Shown: piece by piece, positions 21,940 to 31,420 of the stretch | Numbering within the stretch: the first letter of the stretch is position 1 | How the letters are laid out: every line of letters begins with the position of its first letter | Virus record (IMG/VR): IMGVR_UViG_3300023257_000007 | Coordinates: 186,001-250,000 of that record | Direction: 5' to 3' (one strand) | Length of the DNA stretch: 64,000 nucleotides | Position numbers and translations under genes: made by a program | Notes under the pieces: generated by a model | Seen by the model: only the letters and a program-made list of their open reading frames with translations | What the model was told of the DNA's origin: nothing | The model's database searches: none

Positions 21940-23112
21940 TTAAACTGCAACCTCCATTTTTATATTAGGATGATATTCATAATTAACAAATTCAAAATCT
22001 TCATATCTATAATCATAAATAGAAACTTTTTTTTCTATTTTTAATTTACAGGGTTTAAAACTATCCCTTGTTAACAATTCTGTTAATTGTTCCTCATGAT
22101 TCTTATAAATATGAACATCTCCCCCCTGCCAAATAAATTCATCAGGTTTCATATTAACAACAGATGCAATCATATTTAATAAAATAGAATAAGATGCAAT
22201 GTTAAATGGTAAACCTAAACCAACATCCACAGATCTTTGATATAATTGCAAAGATAAAGATTTAGTAGATACATTTAAATCATTTAATTTATGTATTTGT
22301 TCAACTCTATCATATTTATCCATAAAAGTAACAATTTGATATTTATCATTATCAAAATAGTATTCTAATCTTTCTTTATGTGACAATGTTTTAACATAAC
22401 ATTGAAATAATATATGACATGGTGGTAACATCATATCATCAACATCATTAACATTCCATGCATTAACAATATGCCTTCTTGAATCTGGATTTGACATTAA
22501 ACCATCAATTAAATTATCAATTTGATTTATACCTGGAAAATATACATCTTTCCAACCAAGATGATCTACTATCTTAGTTTCTGATTTAGTATAATTATAT
22601 TCTTTCTTTACTTCAACTTTTTCATAATGTCCATTCCAATCAACCCATTGTTTACCATAAACTGGTCCAAGATCTCCCCATTTAAGAGCAAAATTATCAT
22701 CTTTTTCAATTTTAGTTTCAAATTCTTTCTGATTCAACATTTTAAATTTCTTTACAGTCTTTTCATCTATTAAATCATTTTGCATATATTTTTCTAATTT
22801 CTTACTTCTGTAATCTTTATACGGCCAATCACTCCAAAAAGTGACACCATTATCAATTAAATATTTGATATTAGTATTACCAAATTTATCATATTTCTCG
22901 TCATAAGATTTTAAAAACCATAATAATTCATGAATTAATGATTTATTGTGTATTTTTCTTAATGTTAATAATGGAAATCCATCATCCATTTTAAATCTTA
23001 TATTATAACCAAAAACACTTTTAGTACCAATATTAGTTCTGTCTGCTTTATCAGAACCATTTTCAAATATATGTTTGATAAGTTCTTTATATTTCTTATC
23101 ATGTATATTCAT
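21940..23112 (-). CDS. thyA: Thymidylate synthase (ThyA) with insertions
   Basis: DRT..GT, FPLLT.RK, ELLWFL, LGPVYGKQW, P.SRRHIV.AWN, LPPCH, YQRSVD..LGLPFNIASY, GD.HIYKNH. Confidence 0.97.
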   Translation of the reverse strand: MNIHDKKYKELIKHIFENGSDKADRTNIGTKSVFGYNIRFKMDDGFPLLTLRKIHNKSLIHELLWFLKSYDEKYDKFGNTNIKYLIDNGVTFWSDWPYKDYRSKKLEKYMQNDLIDEKTVKKFKMLNQKEFETKIEKDDNFALKWGDLGPVYGKQWVDWNGHYEKVEVKKEYNYTKSETKIVDHLGWKDVYFPGINQIDNLIDGLMSNPDSRRHIVNAWNVNDVDDMMLPPCHILFQCYVKTLSHKERLEYYFDNDKYQIVTFMDKYDRVEQIHKLNDLNVSTKSLSLQLYQRSVDVGLGLPFNIASYSILLNMIASVVNMKPDEFIWQGGDVHIYKNHEEQLTELLTRDSFKPCKLKIEKKVSIYDYRYEDFEFVNYEYHPNIKMEVAV

Positions 23113-23135
23113 ATTATTCTTTATTTTTGGAAAGA

Positions 23136-23666
23136 TTAACGTTTCATTAATTCTCTATATTGTTCTTCTAATTGAGATATTTTATCTTTCATATATTCAT
23201 TCTCACTAGTTAATTTTTCAACCTCACATTTATATTCATTTAATTCAATTTGCAAATTCCCAGTCGTTGTACCTTCACAACACTTATCAAATATATCACC
23301 ATCTTCTTCCATTAAAATAGTTGAAATATATTTTCCAGATATTTCATTTTTTATATCATTTAATTTCGCATGTAATGCATTTTGATAATTAATATCAGAA
23401 TCTAATTCTAATTCATCTTTAATCCATCCAGATGATACTTCTAAACAATGATTTTCATGTTCTGTTATTAATTGTCGAACTTGTGGTTTAATTGCATTTG
23501 ATATCAATAAAGTAAAATTACTTTTATCTGCATATGATTTACATAATATCTCACTTATAGTGTCAGCAATAATATTTGATATTATTTCGTAAGCTTCTGT
23601 TGATACAACCATTTCGGTGTATGTTTGTTCTCTATTTTCATTAAATATGAAACCTTTTTTAATCAT
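23136..23666 (-). CDS. Hypothetical protein with C-terminal coiled coil
   Basis: 176-aa ORF in operon. Confidence 0.75.
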   Translation of the reverse strand: MIKKGFIFNENREQTYTEMVVSTEAYEIISNIIADTISEILCKSYADKSNFTLLISNAIKPQVRQLITEHENHCLEVSSGWIKDELELDSDINYQNALHAKLNDIKNEISGKYISTILMEEDGDIFDKCCEGTTTGNLQIELNEYKCEVEKLTSENEYMKDKISQLEEQYRELMKR

Positions 23667-23677
23667 TTTTTAAATTA

Positions 23678-24895
23678 TTATTTTTTAGATACTATCTCTT
23701 TATAAAGATCAGTTCTTTTTTTATTTACTACACTCATTTCAAACGTTTTCATAAAATATTCATGATTTGCTTCACCATGATCAATAATAGCATTTGGGTT
23801 ATCAACATACCATTTCATTTTATTATACCAATCACTATTTTTTTCACTAACATAAAAACCTTTTTGTTTACCGTCATTTTTGCCTTCTATATCATCTATA
23901 AGATAAGGACCATAATCACTTAATATTATTGGCATTTTGTGAGCACCAGATTCAATTACTTTTAATTGAGATTTACAATAATTAAACATATGATTATTTT
24001 TTAAAGGTGCTAAAGAAATATCAGCCTCTCTATACATTGTACCATATTCTAAAATGGCTTTTGTCCATCTTCTTTGATAAAATTCATCTTTGTATTTTTC
24101 AACATATCCAAAAGTAACATTATCATTTTTTTCATTATTATCTAAATGAGATCTATAATTATGATCTTTTATATATTTATTACCACTTGTAAATATACTC
24201 TCAAAATGACCCCATTGACTTCTTCTAGAATCATCAATTGCAGTTTGGCCACCAGCCATTCTGATTCTTAAATCAAACCCACACAAATAAATTTGTGCCT
24301 TTGTCAAAAATTCTTTATCAAATAATTTAAAATCATCCTTTAATAATCTTAAATCTGGCATATGAGAAATACCACCACCCCATATAAATCTAGTTTTTTC
24401 AGATTCAACTTTAACAGAGTTCCATTGTTGCTCTTTAATATTTAAAGCATTTTCAATAACAGTAATATTTGGATTATGTTCTCTAATTATATCTGCAAAC
24501 AAAGGAGAAGTAGTTGTTATATGATCTGAATTTTTAAGAATTTTTTCAATAACTGATTGTGAATTATTCTTTTTCCATGATCTATAATTTAAATGAGTAC
24601 TATTCAATATCCAATAATCATCAATATCATAAACTAATTTAATATTATATTTTTTAATAATTGAATAAAAAACAGATTCAATTTCAGGTTTTAAAGGTAA
24701 CATTTTATTATAAAATAAAATATCATATTTACTCATAAATTCCTCGCTTAATAACGGTAATGTACCATCAGAAAGAAGTCTAATGTCTACATTAATATCT
24801 GGGTCATTCATACATAAATGTGGATTTAATATCCGATAATATCCAACACCATCGTTATCACCTGAAACTACAAGTATATTAATTTTTTTGCTCAT
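23678..24895 (-). CDS. Glycosyltransferase, GT-B fold (GT4-like)
   Basis: G.GYYRI..P, VYDIDDY, D.ITTTS..(F)A, N.LN, W.GG.SH..DL, ADI.LAPL....FN.CKS.LK.IE.G. Confidence 0.85.
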   Translation of the reverse strand: MSKKINILVVSGDNDGVGYYRILNPHLCMNDPDINVDIRLLSDGTLPLLSEEFMSKYDILFYNKMLPLKPEIESVFYSIIKKYNIKLVYDIDDYWILNSTHLNYRSWKKNNSQSVIEKILKNSDHITTTSPLFADIIREHNPNITVIENALNIKEQQWNSVKVESEKTRFIWGGGISHMPDLRLLKDDFKLFDKEFLTKAQIYLCGFDLRIRMAGGQTAIDDSRRSQWGHFESIFTSGNKYIKDHNYRSHLDNNEKNDNVTFGYVEKYKDEFYQRRWTKAILEYGTMYREADISLAPLKNNHMFNYCKSQLKVIESGAHKMPIILSDYGPYLIDDIEGKNDGKQKGFYVSEKNSDWYNKMKWYVDNPNAIIDHGEANHEYFMKTFEMSVVNKKRTDLYKEIVSKK

Positions 24896-24964
24896 AAATA
24901 GTAATATTTTTAATTTTATATATCCTTAGAGATTAAGTTTAATAAAAATTATTTTTTAAAATTC

Positions 24965-24996
24965 AAAAAACCTATTCGACGAATCGAACAGGTTTT
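24965..24996 (-). terminator. Intrinsic terminator on the minus strand
   Basis: AAAACCT-TTCGA/TCGAA-AGGTTTT hairpin followed by U tract on the minus strand. Confidence 0.6.
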
Positions 24997-25028
24997 CTAT
25001 ATTTGAAGTATAATTTTATTTATTTTTT

Positions 25029-25203
25029 AAAATCATGTACATTACAATAATTATTTTTTGAAACTATTTCTATTAACTCATCAAGAGTAACTTTTATGAG
25101 AAATTCACCTCTCTTTACATTCTTTGCAAATTTGCATGTCTTTTATTCCTGTACCAATACAATCTTCACAAAGTTTGTGAACATAATATAATCCTTTCAG
25201 GAT
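25029..25203 (-). pseudogene. DnaJ-type zinc-finger microprotein, apparently broken
   Basis: Reads LCEDCIGTG...ICKECK then continues GEFLIKV in another frame; expected ATG appears as ATC. Confidence 0.45.
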
Positions 25204-25437
25204 TTAATTTAATTTTTCTAATTCTTCATAAAATTTTTCCATTAACTTCTCTTTATACATTATCCAATCTTTATTTGTCTTATCAAAATAACTAAAAACA
25301 AGCAAAGGTGATATTAAATAAATTATAGGTACTCTTAATAACCAAAAAGGGTATATACATATTTTACCAATTTTATTATAATTAGACCAATCCTCTTTTA
25401 TATATTGATTATACACAAACTTATAGAATTTTCTCAT
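25204..25437 (-). CDS. Small membrane protein
   Basis: Hydrophobic central segment. Confidence 0.7.
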   Translation of the reverse strand: MRKFYKFVYNQYIKEDWSNYNKIGKICIYPFWLLRVPIIYLISPLLVFSYFDKTNKDWIMYKEKLMEKFYEELEKLN

Positions 25438-25454
25438 TTAAATTTTTTCTTTTG

Positions 25455-25658
25455 TTAATAAATAAGTACATATTCTACATTAATATAACATTTCTTTTTT
25501 AACTCCACTAAATCAACTTTTAATTCCTGTGGAATTCCATACAATCTACCATGATATTTAGATTTCATTTTAATTTCTAATTGATCTGAAACAAATCTAA
25601 TATAATCACCTTTTGTTTCAAAAATTTCCATATCATGACCACTAACATTTAATTTCAT
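25455..25658 (-). CDS. Hypothetical protein
   Basis: 67-aa ORF in operon. Confidence 0.65.
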   Translation of the reverse strand: MKLNVSGHDMEIFETKGDYIRFVSDQLEIKMKSKYHGRLYGIPQELKVDLVELKKKCYINVEYVLIY

Positions 25659-25673
25659 ATAATTTTATTTATT

Positions 25674-26048
25674 TTATTTTCCTAAGCCAAATAAACGTTG
25701 AAAAAAATTTCTTGAAGGTTTAACCATAATAATCTCTTTCAATTCTCGAACAACTTCTTGTTCATTTTTTTCTTCAACTTTAGGTTCAACTTTAGGTTCA
25801 ACTTTAGGTTCAACTTTAGGTTCAACTTTAGGTTCAACTTTAGGTTCAACTTTAAGTTTTTTAGCAGAATCAACTGATCTAATTAAATCTTTATAATTTG
25901 CTTCAAATCTGTGTCTTTCATTAGAATCTAACATTTCTTTTAAAATACTATCAATTTTAATTTTATACTCTTCATAATTTAAATCAACTTTTAATAAAGG
26001 TTTAACTTTATGCCAAAAGTAATAAGCAACTGTTGTTTTTGGTACCAT
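25674..26048 (-). CDS. Hypothetical protein with (VEPK)6 repeat
   Basis: 124-aa ORF with in-frame minisatellite. Confidence 0.75.
   Translation of the reverse strand: MVPKTTVAYYFWHKVKPLLKVDLNYEEYKIKIDSILKEMLDSNERHRFEANYKDLIRSVDSAKKLKVEPKVEPKVEPKVEPKVEPKVEPKVEEKNEQEVVRELKEIIMVKPSRNFFQRLFGLGK
25773..25854. repeat. 12-bp tandem repeat TTCAACTTTAGG x6.8
   Basis: Six perfect copies plus a partial copy, read directly. Confidence 0.95.
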
Positions 26049-26066
26049 AATTTTATGTTTTTAAGT

Positions 26067-26522
26067 TTATACTAATTTTATTTCTATATTTTCATTCTTG
26101 TAAAAATGTTCCTTCATTAAAAATATAACAGAAGTTTTTCTTAAAAAATAAGTCTTTGAAGTAAAACATTCTTTATCATCCATAATCTTAATAACCAAGC
26201 CATCTTTCATTTTAAATTCACCATCTCTCAATAAATCTATAACTTGTTCATATGTTAAATCAACTTCTTTAAATTTAAGAGATTCGCCATTTTTAATTAC
26301 ATATCTTGTTTCATTATATTTCTTACTAATTGTATCTGTAGTTTCATCTACAAAATCTTTAACCTCTGAATTTTTATAATTTTCCATTAATCCATCAACC
26401 CTTTTTTTGAAATTAGATTTTTTATATTTTTCTTGCGCTTTCTTAGCACTAACTTTAACATTTCTCTTTACAGAATATTTGAGTGTTTCAAATAATAACT
26501 GTTGTTTTAAAAAATTCCACAT
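26067..26522 (-). CDS. Hypothetical protein
   Basis: 151-aa ORF in operon. Confidence 0.75.
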   Translation of the reverse strand: MWNFLKQQLLFETLKYSVKRNVKVSAKKAQEKYKKSNFKKRVDGLMENYKNSEVKDFVDETTDTISKKYNETRYVIKNGESLKFKEVDLTYEQVIDLLRDGEFKMKDGLVIKIMDDKECFTSKTYFLRKTSVIFLMKEHFYKNENIEIKLV

Positions 26523-26536
26523 TTTTTTTATATTTT

Positions 26537-26989
26537 TTAGTTAATAAATTCTTTATGTACTATTACATTTTCTCTGAATTCTTCAGAGAAAGTTTTCTTC
26601 AAATCTTCATTCTCTTTTTTCAATACCTTATTCTCTTTTTTCAATTCTTCTATCTTCTTATATTCAGGTGTTAAATTACCATCCCAATTTAACCATTCTT
26701 CAGTTTCACCAATAATATTCAAATAATTCTCAATCAATCTTGTAACACCAACTTGATAATCTTCCAATTTATCATATAAATCACGAGTCCAATCATTATA
26801 AAATATAAATTTACTCTTAGAATGATACCTTTCTGAATGTAATTCAACTTTTCTAATTTTTTTATAACCAAAAAAATTTTTTTTTATAACATCCTTATAT
26901 AAAGTAGTTTTTATTTCCCAAGAAAAACTACTATCATGAAAAGTCGTATAATACTTTTTACCCTTATAATGAATTTCTCTATATGTCAT
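26537..26989 (-). CDS. Hypothetical protein
   Basis: 150-aa ORF directly downstream of bS21. Confidence 0.75.
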   Translation of the reverse strand: MTYREIHYKGKKYYTTFHDSSFSWEIKTTLYKDVIKKNFFGYKKIRKVELHSERYHSKSKFIFYNDWTRDLYDKLEDYQVGVTRLIENYLNIIGETEEWLNWDGNLTPEYKKIEELKKENKVLKKENEDLKKTFSEEFRENVIVHKEFIN

Positions 26990-26991
26990 TT

Positions 26992-27186
26992 TTAGTTGTC
27001 TTCTGACTCCTTTAATTTCTGAACATAAATCGCTTTCAATTTTTGTTCTCTTTTCTTAACTGATTTCTTTTTATAATCTTTCTTGTCCCTGATTGCTTTT
27101 AAAACACCAGTCTTAATATATTTTTGCTTATATTTTTTTAAAGCTCTATCAATTTTATCTTTACTATCTACTTTAATTATTAACAT
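26992..27186 (-). CDS. rpsU: Ribosomal protein bS21, Flavobacteriia type
   Basis: MLII.V......IDRALKKYK.K...TGV...IR....Y.K.SV.KR.Q..KA.Y; Tyr at position 54. Confidence 0.92.
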   Translation of the reverse strand: MLIIKVDSKDKIDRALKKYKQKYIKTGVLKAIRDKKDYKKKSVKKREQKLKAIYVQKLKESEDN

Positions 27187-27246
27187 TTTTTATATTTATT
27201 ATTTTTATTCTGTTTTGTTTAATTATTTGTTAAAATTTCACTAACA

Positions 27247-27254
27247 CAAATATA
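27247..27254 (-). promoter_or_regulatory. Bacteroidota sigma-A -7 element TATATTTG upstream of rpsU
   Basis: CAAATATA on + strand; TTTG-containing tract further upstream on the minus strand. Confidence 0.7.
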
Positions 27255-27293
27255 GTAAAAATTTAACAAATAAAAAATTTAAAAAGAAAAATA

Positions 27294-28367
27294 CTAAGAA
27301 ACTACATACTTATATAACTTCTTGTGATAGTCAAGATCCTTATAATCACTAACCATCAAATAAACTATATAACAAAAATAAAATATTTTATCAATCATCA
27401 AACTTCTATCAACATCACCACCAACAAACCTAAATTCAACATAATCATCATCAATAATTCTTCTTAAATTCATACCGAAAGTTTTAGAACCTAGATTATT
27501 AGATAATTCCTTTAATTCGATTTCCAAAAACTTCTCAACATCATCTACAAAATTATCACTACTAAACTCAGGAAACTCACCCTTCTTTATCTTATCTAAA
27601 AATGTCTGACAATATGCAGTAAATTGTCTATATTCAATATCTTTATAAATATAGGGTTTTTCACTAGTCTCAACCATCATAATTAAACCCTTTACAAAAT
27701 TCCATCTATCTACATCTTTATTTAAACCAATATTAATATGAATAGAAGTGTGATTATTCATATACCAATAATCCTGTTTATTAAAATCATCATAAAAATC
27801 ATTAATCATTTCTAAACCTTTATCCAAACCAGTCACATATTTCTTAGGTGAAAATTCAACCCCCCTAGATAAAGTTTGATCAAACTCAAATTTTAAATCA
27901 TCATAATATTTAGTATAAAAATTAGGCAAATATTCACCAATTTTATTTATAACATATCCAAGATTTTCAAATTCATCTTCTTCCTCTTCCTCATATTCAA
28001 TTTCTAAATTATCAATAATATTAATCATATTAGAAACTATATATTCCTCTGTCTTATTCTTACAACTATTCATAATATTATCCAAAGAATCAGATATATT
28101 TCCAAAATCAAACTGATTATAAACTATCTGTTTTAAAAAATCTAAATCATAATCAATTTTATCAATGTCTAATCCAACACGTAATTTTTTAAATATTTCT
28201 AATAAATACTTATCCTCTACTTTAGAAACTTTAACATTCTCATCATCTGTTTCTAATTCAAATTCAAAAGCTAATGTAAAATGTTCTACCATACCAGAAT
28301 CAAATAATAATTTCTTATCTTTTCTATTAAATTCTAGTAATTGTTTATATGTTATAAGATATTTCAT
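27294..28367 (-). CDS. Putative amidoligase enzyme (COOH-NH2 ligase family)
   Basis: FTLAFEFELE, D.TL.RGVEFSP, TSIHINIG, KTFGMN, VEFRFVGG motifs; MKYLITYKQLLE N-terminus. Confidence 0.75.
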   Translation of the reverse strand: MKYLITYKQLLEFNRKDKKLLFDSGMVEHFTLAFEFELETDDENVKVSKVEDKYLLEIFKKLRVGLDIDKIDYDLDFLKQIVYNQFDFGNISDSLDNIMNSCKNKTEEYIVSNMINIIDNLEIEYEEEEEDEFENLGYVINKIGEYLPNFYTKYYDDLKFEFDQTLSRGVEFSPKKYVTGLDKGLEMINDFYDDFNKQDYWYMNNHTSIHINIGLNKDVDRWNFVKGLIMMVETSEKPYIYKDIEYRQFTAYCQTFLDKIKKGEFPEFSSDNFVDDVEKFLEIELKELSNNLGSKTFGMNLRRIIDDDYVEFRFVGGDVDRSLMIDKIFYFCYIVYLMVSDYKDLDYHKKLYKYVVS

Positions 28368-28375
28368 TTCAACTT

Positions 28376-28398
28376 TATATATTAAAAATTAATATATA
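28376..28398. promoter_or_regulatory. Back-to-back AATATATA late-promoter-like motifs
   Basis: TATATATT at 28376-83 (minus) and AATATATA at 28391-98 (plus); same octamer upstream of genes at 5345, 8667, 19310, 20566, 20670, 30582, 30603, 62313. Confidence 0.65.
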
Positions 28399-28403
28399 CT
28401 AGT

Positions 28404-28796
28404 ATGAAAAATTTTTTAAATTTTATAAATAATAATCACGAATATTCAAATAATGAAATGAATAAAATTATTAAATTCATTGGCAAATTATGTAAATATG
28501 AAAACAAAAAAGCAAACGCAATATTCAATTTTAACATATCAAAAAATATACTTAATGATACAGATTTTAATGCATCAGTAAGATCAAATAACATATATTC
28601 AAACGATATAAAACAAGTTACAAAAATACTTGATAAAGTATGCGAAAAATTAAATATGTATCCAACAATAAATATTATGATTAATACATTTGGTAGATCA
28701 ACAAATTATAATATTAACTGTACATTTGAATTTACAGAAAAAAATAAATTAGACATTCTTGCAACTATAGAAGGAAATAAATTAGGACTATTATAA
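28404..28796 (+). CDS. KMGLL-tag family protein
   Basis: Ends IEGNKLGLL. Confidence 0.8.
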   Translation: MKNFLNFINNNHEYSNNEMNKIIKFIGKLCKYENKKANAIFNFNISKNILNDTDFNASVRSNNIYSNDIKQVTKILDKVCEKLNMYPTINIMINTFGRSTNYNINCTFEFTEKNKLDILATIEGNKLGLL

Positions 28797-29141
28797 ATGA
28801 AACATCTTAAAAAATATAACGAAGAGAAAATAGAAAATAAATGGAAAAATACAATAGTAATTTATGAATCTTACTCGGATTCATGGGTATATGTAGATGG
28901 TTCATTGATATCAGAATGGTCTGTTACCATATTTGATATATTATTAATATTATCAGAGGATAATGTTAATATATTGAAATATAAAATATCAATGTTAACA
29001 GATCATTTTCCTCAAAATATAATTGATCATTTAAACGATCACCCAGAACAAGAATTTCCAATGTATGATTTAGATATATATGAACAAGAAATAATAAAAA
29101 GAAAAGCAGAAAAAGAAGGACAAAAAATGGGTCTGTTTTAA
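28797..29141 (+). CDS. Dual-motif protein (MKHLKKYNE ... EGQKMGLF)
   Basis: Both terminal motifs present. Confidence 0.8.
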   Translation: MKHLKKYNEEKIENKWKNTIVIYESYSDSWVYVDGSLISEWSVTIFDILLILSEDNVNILKYKISMLTDHFPQNIIDHLNDHPEQEFPMYDLDIYEQEIIKRKAEKEGQKMGLF

Positions 29142-29142
29142 A

Positions 29143-29466
29143 ATGAAACATATTTCAACATATAACGAATACTTACAAACACCCTTAAATTTATCAATAC
29201 CAATATAGAAGATAATGATAAATTTACAAATTACCTAGAACAATCAAACCTAATATCAAAAAATTCTTTATTTAGAACATATCATAAAGGATGTATATAT
29301 CATACATTTTTAATATCAATTATAGATAATCATTCTTAAAAATTAGTTGTTCAAACCCAGATAATGTATCTGGGTTTGAACAAAAAGGAGTAAATGAAAT
29401 ATTATTTGATCCAGATATAATTATATAATTATAAGATTAGAAGCAAATAAAATGGGATTATTATGA
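29143..29466 (+). pseudogene. Broken dual-motif gene (MKHISTYNE ... LEANKMGLL)
   Basis: N- and C-motifs in different frames with stops between; contains a perfect 17-bp inverted repeat. Confidence 0.7.
29347..29383. repeat. Perfect 17-bp inverted repeat with 3-nt loop
   Basis: TTGTTCAAACCCAGATA-ATG-TATCTGGGTTTGAACAA. Confidence 0.95.
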
Positions 29467-29744
29467 AATATTTAAAGACATACAACGAATCAAAATATAA
29501 ACCATCATATACTGCACGCCCAATGCCAGATAAATATCGGCTTAGATGTGAATATTTAATAGATAAATACGGTAAACTAAATACAAATAATAAAATTACA
29601 CATTTATCAGAAGAATCAGAAATTTTACAAATAGATATAAATGATGATTATAGATTAGATATTTTTAAAACTACTGATAAATCGTTACTTAATATGAGAG
29701 AATTAGAAATGAAATTACAAGCAAAAGAATTAGGATTGTTATAG
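29463..29744 (+). CDS. Dual-motif protein (MKYLKTYNE ... QAKELGLL)
   Basis: Both terminal motifs present. Confidence 0.8.
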   Translation: MKYLKTYNESKYKPSYTARPMPDKYRLRCEYLIDKYGKLNTNNKITHLSEESEILQIDINDDYRLDIFKTTDKSLLNMRELEMKLQAKELGLL

Positions 29745-29806
29745 ATTTAATGAAAAGGGGAATTTATATTATAATATATTTAATGTATCATAATTTAGCA
29801 CCTTTT

Positions 29807-30192
29807 TTATAATAATCCCATTTGATTTGCCTGTTTAACATTATCGAGTGATATACCAACATTTTTTTCTAACCAATTTTCAATTGTAATATAATTGTAT
29901 TTTTTATAATCAGGATCTTGTAAATTATTTTGTAAATATACCATACTACCCCCAATTAAAATCATAATCTTTAACATTAAATATTTCATAATTTTCTTGA
30001 GAAATAGATATCAGAAAATAACTAGGTCTACCACCAGAATAACGAAAAATATAATCATAATCTATATCAATATTATAAAAATCATCATATAATGAAAATA
30101 ATACAAAATTAATACATAATATATGTATACATAATATTAAAACAGATGATATAAAATTATTAGAAAAAATATGTTGTTTTAAGGTATTTTAT
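29807..30192 (-). pseudogene. Broken dual-motif gene ((M>I)KYLKT ... ANQMGLL)
   Basis: ATA AAA TAC CTT AAA ACA overlaps upstream stop; frameshifts near the start and at a G5 run (~29950); the track ORF 29807..29989 is only the 3' frame. Confidence 0.6.
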
Positions 30193-30575
30193 AACAATCC
30201 CATTTTTTTCGCAGTTAATATTTTTTCTATTTCAGAACCTAATAAAAATGCATTTAATTTTATGAGTATAGAATTATCTAAATCATCATATTGTACATTT
30301 CTTTCATATTCACTATCTGATAAATTATAATAATAAATAATACCGGTTGTATTAATATTACTTTGATAAATGTCAAATTTTAAATCATCTAATTTTATTT
30401 TTATTAAATTAGTAGATGTAGATCTACCATAAAGATCAGATATTCTATTATTACCATCATTATTTTTTTCACCGTATTTATCTAGTAAATATAAACACCT
30501 ATTAAATACTTTATCAGGCATTAAATAACAATGATTTCTATTAATTTTTTCTAAATATGATTTCAAATATCTCAT
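30189..30575 (-). CDS. Dual-motif protein (MRYLKSYLE ... TAKKMGLL)
   Basis: Both motifs; YLLDKYG..N shared with 29463..29744. Confidence 0.8.
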   Translation of the reverse strand: MRYLKSYLEKINRNHCYLMPDKVFNRCLYLLDKYGEKNNDGNNRISDLYGRSTSTNLIKIKLDDLKFDIYQSNINTTGIIYYYNLSDSEYERNVQYDDLDNSILIKLNAFLLGSEIEKILTAKKMGLL

Positions 30576-30616
30576 TAATCTTATATATTAAATTTAAATA
30601 AGAATATATAAATAAT

Positions 30617-30919
30617 ATGAAATACCTTAAAACATATAATGAAAATAAATCATTTAATGATAAAGTTAATATGATTAAAAAAATAGTAGACACCGTTGGT
30701 AAAACTGATGATAGAGGTAAAATTTTAAATTTAAACTATAAATCAAAAGGTTCTAAAACCTATCTTTTAAAAATTCAAGATACATGCTGGATAAGTATTG
30801 AGATGATAGGTACAAGATTTTTAAGAAATTTAGATTCTAGAGTAATTGAATCTATATATAAAGAATTAAAAGAAAAATACCCAGAGTTTTTTATGGGAGA
30901 TAAATTAGGTATTTTATAA
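30617..30919 (+). CDS. Dual-motif protein (MKYLKTYNE ... MGDKLGIL)
   Basis: Both motifs; AATATATA at 30603. Confidence 0.8.
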   Translation: MKYLKTYNENKSFNDKVNMIKKIVDTVGKTDDRGKILNLNYKSKGSKTYLLKIQDTCWISIEMIGTRFLRNLDSRVIESIYKELKEKYPEFFMGDKLGIL

Positions 30920-31420
30920 AATAAAAGTCTTAAAAAATTTTCCAAAAAAATTTTCCAAAAAAATTTTAGAAACAAAATCCCAGTTTCTAAGTTATACTTT
31001 GTAACGGATACCCAAACGTAATTATATTATATATTATATTATATACACTTTTTAAATTTACACTTTCTGACAAATACTTAATATCTACTACAAAACAGTT
31101 ACTAATTTAAATGAACACTACTTACTCTATAAAAACAAACTTACTATTCTGTGATATAAAAAGTACTCTATTTACTATAAAATAGTTAATACCTTATATA
31201 GATAATACTTTATTTTAAAATAAACTTCTTTATATTATTTAAAATAAACTTCTTCATGACCTCATATATTCACTATATCTATATATGTAGATAGGTGGCC
31301 CGTGAGCTATTTTTACTTATTATTATTAATCTTAAATTAGGAGGATTTTTATAATCCTTATCTATTATTATTTTTTTGTCATGGATCATTGTGACATCTT
31401 TTTTTATTTTTATATTAAGG
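30920..31420. other. AT-rich intergenic region at GC-skew switch (candidate replication origin)
   Basis: No credible ORF; AAAAAATTTTCC x2-3 and TTAAAATAAACTTCTT x2 repeats; + strand C-rich before and G/T-rich after. Confidence 0.45.

Noticed and set aside
29807-29989. MKYLMLK start as another N-motif gene
   Set aside because: The ATG lies in the wrong frame of a frameshifted gene whose real start is near 30192.
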